From the human T2T-CHM13v2.0 reference genome, Homo sapiens, in assembly GCF_009914755.1 (NCBI RefSeq), contig NC_060933.1: a stretch of DNA of 64,000 nt; one strand, given 5' to 3'. Under the pieces are notes generated by a model. The model did no database searches and was not told the DNA's origin. It saw only the letters and a program-made list of their open reading frames with translations. The stretch's first letter is position 1, and every line of letters starts with the position of its first letter. The position numbers and the translations under genes were made by a program. Below are positions 38,746-53,265 of the stretch, piece by piece.

Positions 38746-41700
38746 GGGGGCCAAGGGGCAGGACTTCTGCTAAGGCCTCCTGTATCCTCCTCCCTTTCTC
38801 ATCCCCAGCCCTGGAAAATACTGCTTGAAACCCCCTGGTCTATGTGTCTACACTGGCCCTGCCAGCAGTCCTGTGTCGCCTTGGAATGCTGGGCCTGACG
38901 GCTTCCAGGAGCCATGGGCTGTAGAGCATCCATGTCCAGCAGGTCACTGCATGCTCCCATCCCATGCCCCTCACGTGCCCCTGACAGGCCCCTTTTTCTC
39001 CGTGCCATTTTCCATGTGTTTTCCTCCCAGAGCCCTGAGCTGAGCCCTCCAGAGCTGCCTGCCGGGTGGGGGTGATGACTCATTTCAGTTGATGTCATCC
39101 TCAGGATTCAAGGCTCTCAATGCACTCAAAGAGTCTTTGTTCCCCAAATGGAAAAGGAAAGTCCGTACACCGAGAAGAGCTGACAACGAAACTCTTCCCA
39201 GATGCCCATGGGTGCTCACGCCTGCCCGCACCTGCTGGCCTTCACTGTGCCACCTAGTCCACATGGTCCCTGGGGTGGCTCTGTGCCCAGGATCCAGGAA
39301 ACAGAGGTTGAGGGAAGGGGGTAAAGGAAGGGACGTAAAGACCCCCACTGCAGCAAGACAGCAGGAACCACTGCTTCTTCCTGAGATTGGATATGCTCTT
39401 GCACTGCGGCTAACTGCTGCCAGGACTGAGGGGTCCGCGTGTGTGCGCATGCACGTGGGCATGTGTGAAGGGAGCGGTGGTGAGCAGAGCTGGGTCACAG
39501 GATAGGGGAGTCACCCCATGCTCTCAGCAGAGCCGGGTCACAGGATGGGGGAGCCACCCCACGCTCTCTCTCTCTGGGCTGCTCTCCTCAGTTCCTTATC
39601 CGCTGGGCCTGTTCATCAATTATGTTGCTAATTCTTTCATGGCTAGCAGGTGGTTGTGAGGCTGAACGGAGGTGCTGTACTGACAGCTTGAGAGTGCCCC
39701 GCCCTGGTCAGCACCCAACCCAATGAGCGAGGACTCCCAGTGTTTACCAAATGCTCACTACACACCAGGCCCTGTGCGAAGTAGGGTTCTCACTGTGTTG
39801 TCCGTTCTCACAATATCTCTGTGAGCCAGGTCCTAGTGCTGCCCCACTTTATAGATTAGGAGGCTACAGAGGGGCGAGGTGATCTGTGGAAAGGCCATGA
39901 GTGGCAGACCCAGGACTAAGCATAGGTCTGTCTGATGCCAAAGCCCAGGCAGTTAGCCCTTACCCGTGGCTGTCACTTGAGAGTGGGCATCAGATTGACG
40001 CAGGCAAGACCCTGAAAGACTCTGATTCCATAGGCCCAAGCAGGAGGGGCAGACCTCTGACTTTTAAAAGCTCCCAGGGGTGACTCTGATATGTGGCTAG
40101 GGCTGCAAACTTCACACCAGCCTACCTTACCTAGTCCCATTTGAATCTTGACTCCAACTGCTTATTAACCTCATGGATTTGGAACAGTAATTTAAGCCTC
40201 AGTTTTCTAACCTGCAAATGGGGATAATAATATCATCCATCTCAGAAAGAATCAAGTGTAAGGATGACTGATTTGTGGAAAGCCCTTTGAACAGCACTTG
40301 GCATGCAGCAAGCCTGCAGAAAATTTTAGCTGCTGATGCTGTTGTTTCTTGACATTCTGTTCATTCAGAGTCCCCTTTGCCAGGCTCTGTGCTGGTGCTG
40401 AGGACCGAGAGATGAGTTGGCATGGTCCATGCCCAGGGCCCATGTCTAAGCATATGAGAGCAAGGTGAACTGGCCACTGGACTGCAGACAGATGAGGGTG
40501 TCTGGGAGGAAGGATGGAGGGGGACTGAGGGAACACAGAAGTATGCAGCTGGGCCTGGGAGAGCCACAAGGAAAGCTTGAAAGGCAATGGGCTGTAACAG
40601 GCAGAGCCCAGCTTCACATCTTCAGTGCTGGCTGCTGCACCGAGGATTCTGAGTGAGTGACTTCCTGTCTCTGGGGCTTGACTCCCTACTCTGCAAAATG
40701 AGAGAATGATCCCTGCGTTGCCTGCCTCCTGGCAGAAGGAACGGGTAAGAGGATGCTTTGGAAACAGAAGAGGATACTGGACAGGTGAGGATTACTTCCT
40801 GCTGGGCTAAGTGCTTTTCAGCTGCTGGCCAGGAAAACCAAGCTTCAGCCAGGACCCCAGCTCCAGGCTTCCTCAAATCGTCTTCTCCAGTTTAGGTCAG
40901 AGGCTCGAGAAAGCAAGAACGAGAGAACAAGAGAGCAAGAGAGAAAGAGAGAGAGGGAGAGAGAGAGAGAGAGGGAGGAGAGCTTATACAGTAACTTCAT
41001 TGAACAGGAAAATTCCTATGCTATATATGAAAACCGGAAAAGAGAAGGAGGCGTTCTAAGTTTACATGTAGAAAAATGCTCTTCTGTAATTCAGAAAAAT
41101 AGGGTCTTTGATTGTGGCCGAGCCAGGTCTACTTTCTAAGTTGATCCAGGATTTTTTCCCTGGCAAGGAAACAGTTCTTTTTTAAGAAATGCATCGGGTG
41201 ATAGGTTTTTCTAAGAACCTCTCGCACCTTTGCTGGGTGCAGATAAACCCTCAGGCACCGTGGATTGTGTTGTGTTCATTTTCCTCAGAAAGGGAGTCAG
41301 GTGGAAACGGGAGCCCCCAGAGACTCCAGCCTGGGTGGGGCTGAGTTTCCACACAGGCAGAGAGCTGTGACATTTTCCTGAGCACAGTGCTCCTTGCCTC
41401 TGGCCAGGCCTTGCTGGCTAAAGACAAGGAAGTCTGTGGGGAGGGCTGGGTTTGTCCCGGCCCCTGTTGGAGTCATTCCTTCCAGGCCTGAAGGCTGTGG
41501 ACTGAAAGAACCGGCAGTTAGGGGCGGTTAGAAAAACTGAAACACTGGCGGGAGACAAGGAGGAGGCAGACGATGAGGCTGTCAGACCTGGCAAGGGCCT
41601 TTGGAAAATATTTAGTCCAAGGCTCTAGTTTGACAGATATTGAACCTGAGGCTCAGAGAAGGGAAGGGACTGCTCAAAGTCATATGCCAAGTTGGTGGCA

Positions 41701-44700
41701 GAGTCCACCTTGCAGGCTGAGGCCCTTTCCACCACCCCATGCAACATCTGAGAGGTCAGGATGTAGAAGTTGAGGCCGACTTGTGTGTGGTCTCAGAGGG
41801 GTAGAGAGCTAGGCCCAGCCAGGTGGGTGGGAGTTGCAGGGGCGGTTGCCTCAGTTCAACATGAGAAAGGACTTCCGAAGACTTCGAATTGTGCAGCAAT
41901 GGTCAGGTGGCCGTGAGTGGAGATGAGCAGGTGGAAGCCAGGTGGCTTTGGATGGGTGAGCATTGTAGGAAGCTCCTCCCCAGGTGGTGAGCTGCACTGT
42001 CCCACACAGTCTGCGGTTGCTGAACTCCTGTCCCTCCAGGGAGGTGGGAGAAAGGGAAGTCACATGCCAGATGTGATTTAGACATACCCAGGGTCCTTGG
42101 GGGCCACCTCTCTGTAGGGGTGTCCAAAGGGAAGGGAAAGAACCGTCCCAGAAGATGCAAGAACCCCACCCTCCCAACTTGCTGGCAGGACAAGCTGACA
42201 AAGGGCAAGGAGGAGGGACACGTGGCTTCTCCGACGGTCTGCCCCCCATGCTGCAGGCGCAGAGGAGGGGGACTGAGCACCTCCTCTTCTCCCCAGGGAC
42301 TGAGTGCCAAGAAACTCAGGTGAGAGGAGCCCTTCTGGGGTCCCAAGGGCAGTCCCCCCACCTTACCCTACATACCCTCATCCTACTGGTCCAGCCCCAG
42401 GCCACAGGCAGTATAGGGTCATCTGGACCCCCTCAGCCCCGGCCCCCCAGTGGGAATACACCCACCCGCTTGCAGGAGTCACCGTGGCCCCGTTTAAGCT
42501 GACTGAAGTGTGCCGTCGGTCTTTAGAGGCGTGTGTGGGAATGGTAGAAACCCAGGAGGGGCACCTTCAGCCTTTCCCAGCACTCGGTGCAGAGAAACAG
42601 CAGAGGAGGGAAAGGAGGCGTTATGGGTTCTAGGCCTGGCTTGGCCAAACTCACTGCATGGCCTCAGACCTGCTCTCTTGGGTCCCTTAACAGACCTTTC
42701 GCTTTGAGTCTGTTGTTGGGATCCCGGTTCACAGCGCAGGTGGAAAGCCTTCCTTGCAGTTGGTGGAAGCGCAGTTCCCGTAGAGACCGCCAGGAGCCGC
42801 TGCCGCGCACGGTCCCGGGGCGTCCTCAGCCTCCCTCGCGCCTCCGTCCGGACATATCCGCAGCGCTCCTTCACCTGGAGCGAGGAACGCTCCTTAGCCT
42901 CCTCTGGCTTTAAATGCTAACTAGCGCTAGCGCTGGGCTCAGGTCCCAGATGATCGTCTGTGAGAGGGAGCTTTGCAAAGCCAGCTACAGTTCTCTAGGG
43001 AGGCAAGGCTCCAAAGCTCAGGCTAGTCCCGGGCACTGCTTCAGGACCCCACAGATGGAAGGACTGATCCAGCCCATCGCACGGAAGGGGAAACCGAGGC
43101 CCAGCGGGGTAGGGGAGGTGCCAGATGATGTCCCTGAGCCTGTGGCAGAGAGGAGGAGGAGAGGTGAGAGTTCGCTCCTGTTCTTCATCTCTGGCCAAAT
43201 CGCTGTCATCTGTGTGGAAGGAAAACCTGAACCCTGCTCTGTTTGTTTCTTCATGGCTGGGATTCTGCCTGGTTTCCATGGAAACTGGCTTTGGACCCTT
43301 GGGAGGAAAGTCGCACCCTGCCCTGACTGCTCAGATTTTCCTCTGCCTCCTCTGTCTCTGAAACCGTCTGATTTCTCCTCTCTGCGCCCTGAGGAGGGGC
43401 CACCCCAAAACTGCACTTAGGAGTCTGAACTAGATTTGAGGGAGGGAGGCTCAGGTTGTCTCTCCCTGTGTCCGTTCCTTCACAGCATCCCCTTGGCTCT
43501 GTGGATGTTTAGAGGAGGGGGGATGACTTTGGCCCTTTTTGCAGAGTGAGAGTGGGGCCCCCGTGTGTTGGGGTGCAGCTGAGCCTGACTGGAAAGATTT
43601 AGATGTAAGAAGATGGGGAAGAGTGATGTCACTAGAAGGAATAGCATGAGTGAAGGCAAAGACACGGGGGGAGAATGAGGAGATGAAGCAGAGGGTGTCT
43701 CGAGTAGAATTTTGCTTTTATGCTGAAGGCACTGGGGAGCCATTGAAGGCTTTGGAGCTTGTAATAGGAGCAGATGACTACTAATGGTCACCTAGATAGT
43801 GAGCTGCTTGAGCACACATGTTCCAGGCTTAGCTCCATGTCTCCAGCACTACACAAGGCACAATGTGGGAGCTTTAGAAATATGATCAAATTCATGAATT
43901 GGAAAAGTAAGTTGAAAACCCCCATTGGAAATGAAGCTATCTCTAAGCATTAATGAAGTGAGAGAATAAGACCGGTCAGATGCAGCCCCAGGAAGTGTTT
44001 GAAGGCAGTGAAAATACATAGAATAAATCACAGTGGATGTGGCTCTGAGAGTCTATCTGGTCTAACTCTCTGATGGGAAAACTGAGATCAGGGAGGGGGA
44101 CTAGCTGGCCCAAGGTCACAGACAGAGTCTTGAACCTGAGTCCTTCCTCCCCTCCCTGGGTCTCTCATTGCCCCATGGATTCATGCCTCCCAGATGGGCT
44201 CTCTGGGCCAGTGGATCCAGCATCGTGGAGATGGGAGGGAACGTGGACTTTCAGGTGATGGATGGGCATGCAGTGAGGTCACTGTTGGATGTCAGACTGG
44301 AGCCCGACCTCAGTGACTCTCACCAGGGCCTCAGACTGTGAGCCTGGCACCTTCAATTCAGGAATGCCTAGGATTTAGTTCAGCCAGCAAACACTTCCTG
44401 AGGACCTGCTCAGGGACAGAGCCTGGGTGTGGGGGAGACAGGGAGAAGTGGACGCCAGTTCCTACACTTAAGGAGGTTCCAAGATGGTAGGGTCCAACAC
44501 CTTAGTCATATAATGCCATATATGCTACATAGAGTCAGGGCCAAGTGCAGGAGCGGGAATGCCCAGACTACCTGGTGGGGGAATCCAAGAAGACTTCATG
44601 GAGGAGGTGATGACATTGAAGTTGGGCCCTGAGATGTGTGGAGCAGTTCCTCAAGTGGAGGGAACAGCATACACAAAGGCTCAAGGGTGTAAAATGTAGG

Positions 44701-46429
44701 ACCCATTCAGGATACCTTGAGTTTTCCAGTATGACAATTGCATGGGAAATAGCAGGGTAATAATAATAGGGAAAGAAATGGCAGCTACCATTTATTAAGC
44801 ACTCTGTGTGCTAAGCAGTGTGCTAAACATTTTAGGTATATTATTTTATTTAAGTCACACAACTGTCCTCTGAGAGAAGTATTATTATCTGGGGATAAGT
44901 GTGGGCCGCTTCCAAGAATCCTCAGGCTGCAGAGTTCCATCAGCATGCTCCACGCCAGTCCCCAGTCCCCTCCAAAATGGTGGGATGTCTTCCCACCAGC
45001 TGTGATCTCCACCCTCCTCCCTTCTTGCCCAGCACAGAGCCATCCAAGGTCAAGCCCATGGACCCAGTTGCTGGGCCTGTTTGTCTTGGCTCCCTGGCTT
45101 CTCCTCCCCTCCCTGGTGGCTGCCTAAACAGGTGGCCCTCCTGCTGGAGGCCAAAGGGAAATGAGCCAGCAGGCCCAGGCGCAGCCGCGAGTGAGCATGG
45201 GTCACTCCAGGTCAGGGGTCGTCCCCTACCACGCCATGCCATGGGACAGTGGATGTGGAAGGATGTGGTGGGGGTTGCTGAGAGCAGAGCTGGGCTGCTG
45301 GGGCTGACTTGGGCTTGCTCTACATTCATGGCTGGCCTCCCTCTTGGCGGACTCTGTGGAAACAAGGCCTGCGGGCCAGCGCCTATCCATGTGTCCTGTC
45401 TTGAATGGCTGAGGTCTAGGGGGATGGAGGGTGGGAGGGTTAGGAAGGGATCTTTTTTGCAGACTTTGGTTTTTGTTAAGCTTATACCTTGCATTTCCCA
45501 TCTGTCGTCTCATTGAATCCCCACATGGGAAGTGGGCAGGGACCTCCCCTGATCACCAGGAAGTCATCGCCCAAAGGCTTTGTGTTTGGTAAAGGGCAAA
45601 GGAGGGGTCTCATCCCAGCTGTGTCCAAGGAAGAGGATGTTCTCCACTGCAGGCTGCCTCCTTTGCCCCCTCTCCAGCTGACCAACCATTGGCCAGGACC
45701 TGGAGTGGTCGGGGCTGTGGGAGGGCACCAGCTCTGGGACTCGTGGTACCAAGACTCTGTCCACCCTTGCTTGGCTGCCCCATCTGTTGCTTCCTGGCTG
45801 TGCCTCCTGGCCATGGAAGTCTCCCTGAACATCAATTTCCCTGTCTAGAAAACAAGGATGTTGGATAGATTCATGAATTTTTGTTTTTAAGCAGACTCCT
45901 AGGCATAAGAATTCCCAGAATTGCCACATGCAAGCCTGGATCTACTGGCCATGGGAAGCACTAGGCTGGTTTAAGCAATGAGCTTTCTGAGTGGGAGCCT
46001 CTCAGGCCCTTCTCCCTGTGTCGCCTGAACGCTTAACCTGGCCCTGGATCCCTCAGAGACACCACTTGGAAACAAGCCACAGGATGTGAAGCTCTGGTGC
46101 TTTTACTCTCTGTGGCACCAGGAATTTTCCGAGCAGAAAGAGGCTTCCCCCTCCTGTTCCCAGCAGGAAAGAGAGAGGAAATAGAGGAAAAGCTTTTTAC
46201 TGGATTGGATAAGCGAAGAAGAAAGCAGAGCTCTCAGTAGGGTGTTTGTGGTTTTGTTTTGTTTTTGTCTTTAAACCGTGGAGGAAAGAAAAGAAATCTC
46301 AGTGGGATGTGTGGTTTTCTTTGTTTCTTTTCCTTCTTTTTTTCTTTCTTTCTGTACAAAGATAAGCTGTATCTGAGTGAGGAAAAGCAAGAAGAATAGG
46401 TTTTATGATTTCTATAAGTGGATGCAAGG

Positions 46430-47300
46430 AGATAATCTCTTTAAAAATATGTAGATGTCTTTACTTTTCATACCATGTATATGCTGTAAAATAGAAAAAA
46501 GTATAAAAAGATATCCAGTGAAAAGCAAGTCTCCCAGCCCCCAGCCACCAGCTTCCTTCCCTGGAGACAACCACTGCCCCGTTTCTTGTGTATTCTTCTA
46601 GAGCTATTGTAATATACCATATATATTTAAATATATATGGTATATTTAATTTGTATTAGTACATACATTTCCAACTGATAGCAATTCACTTCTGCACCTT
46701 ATTTTGTCTGTTTTTATATAGTACATCTTGATTGTTTCATATTAGTACTTAAGGAATCACATCTTTTGAAACGCTGCCTTGGATTTCGTTGTGTGAACCT
46801 GTCATCATTTATTATATTAATCATTCCCAAAGATGGGAATTTTAGGTAAATTTAAACCACGATGCTGTGAATATTTGTGTATGTACTTTATATTTCACAT
46901 ATGTAACTTTATCTGTTAAAAAATTCATAGACGTATGACTGCTGGGTCAACAAGTACATGCACATTTGCCATTTTGATAAATGTTATTAAATTGCCTCCC
47001 ACCACGTTATAACAATTTATGCTCCTGCCAGTAACGCAGGAGAAGGCCTGCTGCCTTAAACCCTTGCCAACACAGCGTATTCTGGTCTTTGCCAATCTGA
47101 TAGGGAAAATGGTATCCCTTCGTAATCTTAACTCATTCTATCATTATGAATGAGGTTGAGTATTTTTCATATGTTTAAGATTTTAATTTCTTTTACTGTG
47201 TCTAGAATTTTCTATTCTTTGCCCATTTTTCTTTTGGGTATTCATTTACTTTGCATATTAGAGAAATGAGTTTGTTGCTGTGATTTTTGTAGCAAATATC
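46430..47300 (-). mobile_element. Ancient L1ME-like fragment
   Basis: AT-rich sequence with antisense L1 3' motifs ('tgccaatctgatagggaaaatggtatc', 'gaggttgagtatttttcatatgttt'). Confidence 0.65.
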
Positions 47301-47575
47301 AGTCATTTCATGGTTTTGGGGTTTTCTTTGACATTGCAGGGATTATCTTTATTATTATTATTATTATTTATTAGTTCTATGCAGAACATTTTTTTCTAAG
47401 TGGTCAAATTTAACCAAATTTACCAATCTTTTAACTAAAATTAATTTCTGTTTTAAAGCAAGTTGTAAACTGGAGAGGATAAGCATTCAATTGAGAATCA
47501 AATCTGAGTTCATGGCCAGCAAACACTTCCTCTCTATTAACCTTAGTTTAGTGTTTTCTAAAATGAGGTGATTGG

Positions 47576-47875
47576 AGGCTGAGCGCAGGGGCTCACACCT
47601 GTAATCCCAGCATTTTGGGAGGCCGAGGCAGGAGAATCACTGATTCCAGGAGCTCGAGACCAACGTAGGCAATATAGCGAGACCCTGTCTCTACAAAAAA
47701 ATGAAAAAATTAGCTGAGTGTGATGCTGCATGCCTGTAGCCCCAGACATTTGGGAGGCTGAGAGGTGGAAGGGTCATTTAAGCCTGGGAGGTGGAGGCTG
47801 CAGTGAGCTGTGATCATGCCACTGCATTCCCACCTGGGCAACAGAGCAAGACTCTTGTCTCAAAAAAAAAAAAAG
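47576..47875 (+). mobile_element. AluJ
   Basis: Diverged dimer with an A tail. Confidence 0.85.
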
Positions 47876-48872
47876 AGGGGACTTGAGAATATGTACACAT
47901 TCATTCATTTGTTCATTCATTCACTATAAGCCCTGGGTTGGTTACTGGGAAGACAGATGGCCCAGTGGGAAGAGAGGCAAGTGACCCAATAGTGACATGC
48001 AGGGGCTATGATGGAGGACCCCGTGTGTACAGAGAGGACTTCTAATGCAGCCCCCAGAGGGGAGGGTGTGGGTGCGGGAGGTGAAGCGAGATTTCAGGGG
48101 AAGCGAGGCCTGGGCTGATGAGCAGGAGTCATTCAGTGAAAATAACTGGGCTGGGCTGGGGCAGATGGCACAGAGGAAAGCATTCCTGGCAGGGGTGGGA
48201 GTCCCTGGGACAGCATGGGGCACGCTGGGGCTGTGTCAGGCATGTCAGGGAGTAGGGAGTGCAGCTGGGTCCTGACCACAGAGGGCCTCTTGAGCCAGGT
48301 GGCAGCAGCCTGGTCAGCCCTGGCCCTGAGGGCCATGAAAAATCCTATTTCATAGAAGGCTTCTAAGCAGGATAGCAACAGGATCAGATGTGCTCTTTTG
48401 TCGAGGAGGGGTTAATCGTTTTCATAAAAATTGTATGAAATATTTTCCATGAAATTTGCTATAAAGAAAAATACAATGAATATTTCTTTTGAATACCACC
48501 TGAACAATTAACACTATCACTACCGTTGAAAAGCCCCGTGGACCTCTCCCAAATTGCATCTCTCTGCCTCCCCTAAATGTTGGCAAGAATATGCTGCTGG
48601 TGGGTCTGCGACATGCATGACACGGTTGCTTCAGAGAACAATTTTGCAATATTCAGGGAAGCTGTAGGTGCACATACCCATATTATCCAATAATTCCACT
48701 TCCAGCTGTGGAATTACCTGCACAGGTAAGCAGGAGGAGATGTGTATAAGGGAGTCCGTGGCAGTATCATTTGTAATATTGATGGAAACCTCACCTTCCA
48801 CCAACAGAAATGTGAATCAACCCATTGTAGCTTATTTATACCATAGAGTACTGTTGTGAAAATATAAGGCCA

Positions 48873-49175
48873 GGCCAGGCGCGGTGGCTCATTCACGCCT
48901 GTAATCCCAGCACTTTGGGAGGTCAAGGTGGGCGGATCACCTGAGGTCAGGAGTTCGAGACTAGCCTGGCCAACATGGCGAAACCCCGTCTCTACTAAAA
49001 GTACAAAAATTAGCCAGGCATGGTGGTGGGCACCTGAATCCCAGCTACTCAGGAGGCTGAGGCAAGAGAATCGCTTGAACCCAGGAGTCAGAGGGTGCAG
49101 TGAGCCGAGATTGTGCCACTGCACTCCAGCCTGGTCAACAAGAGCGAGACTCTGTCTCAAAAAAAAAGAAAAGAA
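48873..49175 (+). mobile_element. AluS (Sx-like)
   Basis: Full dimer; TSD-like gaaaatataag. Confidence 0.9.
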
Positions 49176-49514
49176 AATATAAGATCAGAGCCACATGTAT
49201 CAACAGGGATAAATCTAAAAAATACAATGCTGAGTGAAAAATAAAAGCAAGTTTCAGAAGAATGTGTGCATCATGCCACCATTTATATGAGGTGTAGAAC
49301 ACACACCATGGTTCTACATTCTGTTAGAAACACGTATCGAGTGGACATACAAATGCGTGGGAGTGATAAACACCAAATTCACAAGAATGGCTCCTGCCAG
49401 AGCATGGGCAGAGGAAAAGGACTGAAGAGAGTTCATGGGAGCTTCAGCTGAATTGATACTGTCTTTCTTACGTGGAGTGGTGGGCACATACTTGTTCCTC
49501 ATAATATTATAATT

Positions 49515-49982
<468 letters not shown>

Positions 49983-50344
49983 TAATGTATAATGTATTTT
50001 ATTTATCCATTGTTTTTCAAAATGATTTCAACATATAATCAATATAAATAGTATTGAGATATTTTTCCAAGCAAAGTCTTTGAAATTTAGTTTGTAGTTT
50101 ACATTTATGACACATCTCAGTTGGGAAGACCCATTTTTCAAGTGCTCAATAGCCATATGTGGCTACTGGTTATCAAATCAGACAGGGCAGGGTCTGGTAC
50201 GATAGAAACTTAGAGGTCACCAGTTACAACCTGATACAACTTTATCAACAGATAGAGTTGTGTCAGGTGACCTCTGCGGTTCTTTTCTAAACCAGCAAGT
50301 CTAGATGACAGTGATGACGATGATGATGATGATGATGGCTGCCT

Positions 50345-50635
50345 TTTTTCTTTTTTTTTTTAGACAGGGTCTCGCTCTGTCACCCAGGCTGGAGTGCAGT
50401 GGCATGATCATGGCTCACTGCAGCCTTGATCACCTGGGCTCAAGCAATCCTGCCACCTCAACCTCCTGGGTAGCGGGGACTACAGGTGCACACCACCTGG
50501 CTTTTTTGTTGTTTTGTGGAGATGAGGTCTCACTATGTTGCCCAGGCTGGCCTTGAACTCCTGGGCTCAAGTGATCTGCACTCCTTGGCCTCCCAAAGTG
50601 TTGGGATTACAGTTGTGAGCCACAGTGTGTCCAGC
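50345..50635 (-). mobile_element. AluJ next to an (ATG)n microsatellite (50305-50337)
   Basis: Antisense dimer. Confidence 0.85.
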
Positions 50636-52489
50636 CATGATATCCACCACTTTTTAGGCATTTGGCATGTGCCAGCACTTTGTATTATGTCCTTTAATCC
50701 TCACAACAACGCTATAGGCTAATTACTCGCTTTTTTTAAAATTGTGGTTAAGCATACATAGCATAAAATTTGGTATTTTAACCATTTAACAACCAAGTGT
50801 CTCATATTGTTCTTTATACTGTATTTTTTTGTGTAACCTAGATATTCCATAATAATTGAGGTTAGTACTGGCGGTGAGCAGCCTTCTCTGTGAGTGTTGC
50901 GGAGTTGAGATGGGGGCATGGCAGTCAGGGCATCTCCCTCTCCCAGCCACTAAGTATACATACCCATTCATGGGAAGTTTGAGTTCCTGGACCACCTGGA
51001 GTCTTGACTCCATCCTTCTTGCTGCTGAAGGGTCATTGATATAGTAGGCAGACTAGGTGGAGCCCCACCCGCAACCCCGGTACAGACTCCCCCATCTCAG
51101 TGAGGCTGCAGCAGTGAATCAGCCAGAAATCACACCAGCCATGGCTCGAAAATGTCCTGCCACTTACCAGCTGCATAACCTCGGGCCAGTCATCTCATCT
51201 TCCCAAGGGATAAGAGCAGTTAATTGCCAGGGCTGCTGTGAGGACTGAGTAAAACTATGCATGAAAACCACATTGTTATTATTCTTTATAAGGGAGCTCA
51301 AGGGCACAGAGGCAGGCTCCCATGTCAGCCTCACTTTCCTGGTCAGTGCTGCAGGCGTGATTATCCCTGCGCATTGACCTCTTGAGATTGTTCAGTGGAT
51401 ATAATAAAAATAAAGAATAGCGAATGTTTGTTGCACTGCTACCATTATTAACCAGGGGTTTCCGTGGACGGTCTCATTTAGTCATTCTTTTGGAGCCCAT
51501 TCTAGTGCCTGTATGATAGAGGAAGACACTCAGACTTGGAGTGGTTCAGTGACTCACTGGAGTTCACACAGCTACGTAGTTGTGTCCAATAAGATGGTGG
51601 CAAGTTGGGTAAACTGGAAATCAGGCTGATTCCTCAGGTAGGGCTTTCCTTAGAGGGTCTCTCGAGTGTTTGGGGTTTTCTCTGGAGACAAACCCGCCAA
51701 GTCCTCAGAAACCACTTAGGTTCTCAGTGGCCTCTGGCCTTTGGCGATAGCCCAGACAGCCATCAATCAGTCTGCCTTGCCCTCTGGCCTCCAGAGGAGG
51801 ACACTGCTCGATTCTGATCCTCACTCATTCCAGGCCTCCTCATCTGGTTGAATCCTCAGGATCCGGCTTCACTTCCAAGGCCAAAGGGTGTTACTTGTCC
51901 ATTGTCCTGGCTACAGTGGTCTTGTCCCCCTCTCCCTGGGACTTGCCTTCCTGTCTCACTACTGGTACCTTGGATGTCAACTCAGAAGTGGGTGCATGTT
52001 GCTGCAAGCTAGTCTGCAGCTTTCTCCTGGGGAAAATACTTGGATGGGCCAACATTCTGGAGCCTGGGGGCCTTTTCAGGACACCATAATGGAGCTCCAC
52101 CATTTCTCCCTGCAAGGTGTGGTGGCATAGCCTCTGGGGTCAGATGCTCTGGGTTTGAAACCTGCATGCAACTTACCTTGAGCAAATTTGTTAATTTCTC
52201 TAAGCCTCAGTTTTCTCAGAAGTAAGATGGGGATAAGAGTACCTAACCTCATAGGTTTGTTGTGAGGATTACATGAGCTAATGTATGCAGAGCGCTTAGA
52301 GCAGGGCCTGGTGCAGACAGAGCTTAGGGAATGTGGATGATGATGGCGGTGATGTCAAAGGCGATGACAATGACGCAAATTTCAATTGCCTTGAGGCCTG
52401 GGAACACTTCACTGTGTCCCTGATTTTCCCTGCACACTCAGAGGCACTTAAACAATAGACCTCATTCAAAACAAAACAAACCTATCCAG

Positions 52490-52792
52490 TTTTTTTGTTT
52501 TTGTTTTTTTGAGATGGACTCTCCCTCTGTCACTGAGGCTGGAGTGCTGTGGTGCGATCTCAGCTCACTGCAACCACCACCTCCGGGGTTCAAGTGATTC
52601 TGCTGCCTCAGTCTCCCAAGTAGCTGAGATTGCAGGCATGTGCCAGCATGCCTGGATAATTTTTGTATTTTTAGTAGAGACGAGGTTTCACCATGTTGGC
52701 CATGTTATCCTCGAACTCCTGACCTCAAGTGATCCACCCACCTGGGCCTCCCAAAATGCTGGGATTTTAGGCGTGAGCCACCATACCTGGCC
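52490..52792 (-). mobile_element. AluS
   Basis: Antisense dimer ~470 bp upstream of exon 3; TSD-like cctat[c/t]cagttt. Confidence 0.88.
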
Positions 52793-53265
52793 CCTATTCA
52801 GTTTTATAGTGGGGAAAAAAAAAATCTCCAAGTCGATGGGTGAACATTATATATTCTAGGGATTACTCATAAGTGTTTTCCAAACGCAGGTCATGAACTA
52901 TTAGTGGGTTATAAAATCAATTTAGTAATTAATTACCAGCATGTTTTTAATAAAATGAAGCAGAAAAAGAATAATTAAATGAAAAGAAAAATATTTGAGT
53001 GCCTGGTGAGTATTAAATCATGTTCTATGAAACTTCTGTTTCAGTGTTACAGATATCTGTCTACACGTGTGTATATTGGGTTGCAGTGCAAATGCATTTC
53101 TTTTTGTGGGTCGTTGTCAAAACGTTTGAAAAACAACCATTTAGGAACTACAGTTTCAGTGGGGTTCCTGAGTGATCCCGTTTCATTTGTGACTGCGTTT
53201 CTTCCTCATTTTCAAGCAAAGTGGAATATACCTGTAAAGCGTGGCCTCTCTCTCCCTCCCTGCAG

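Noticed and set aside
44899-45516. 205-aa (+) and 184-aa (-) ORFs
   Set aside because: GC-rich intronic sequence, no recognisable protein motif, and the + ORF has a non-ATG start; most likely chance.
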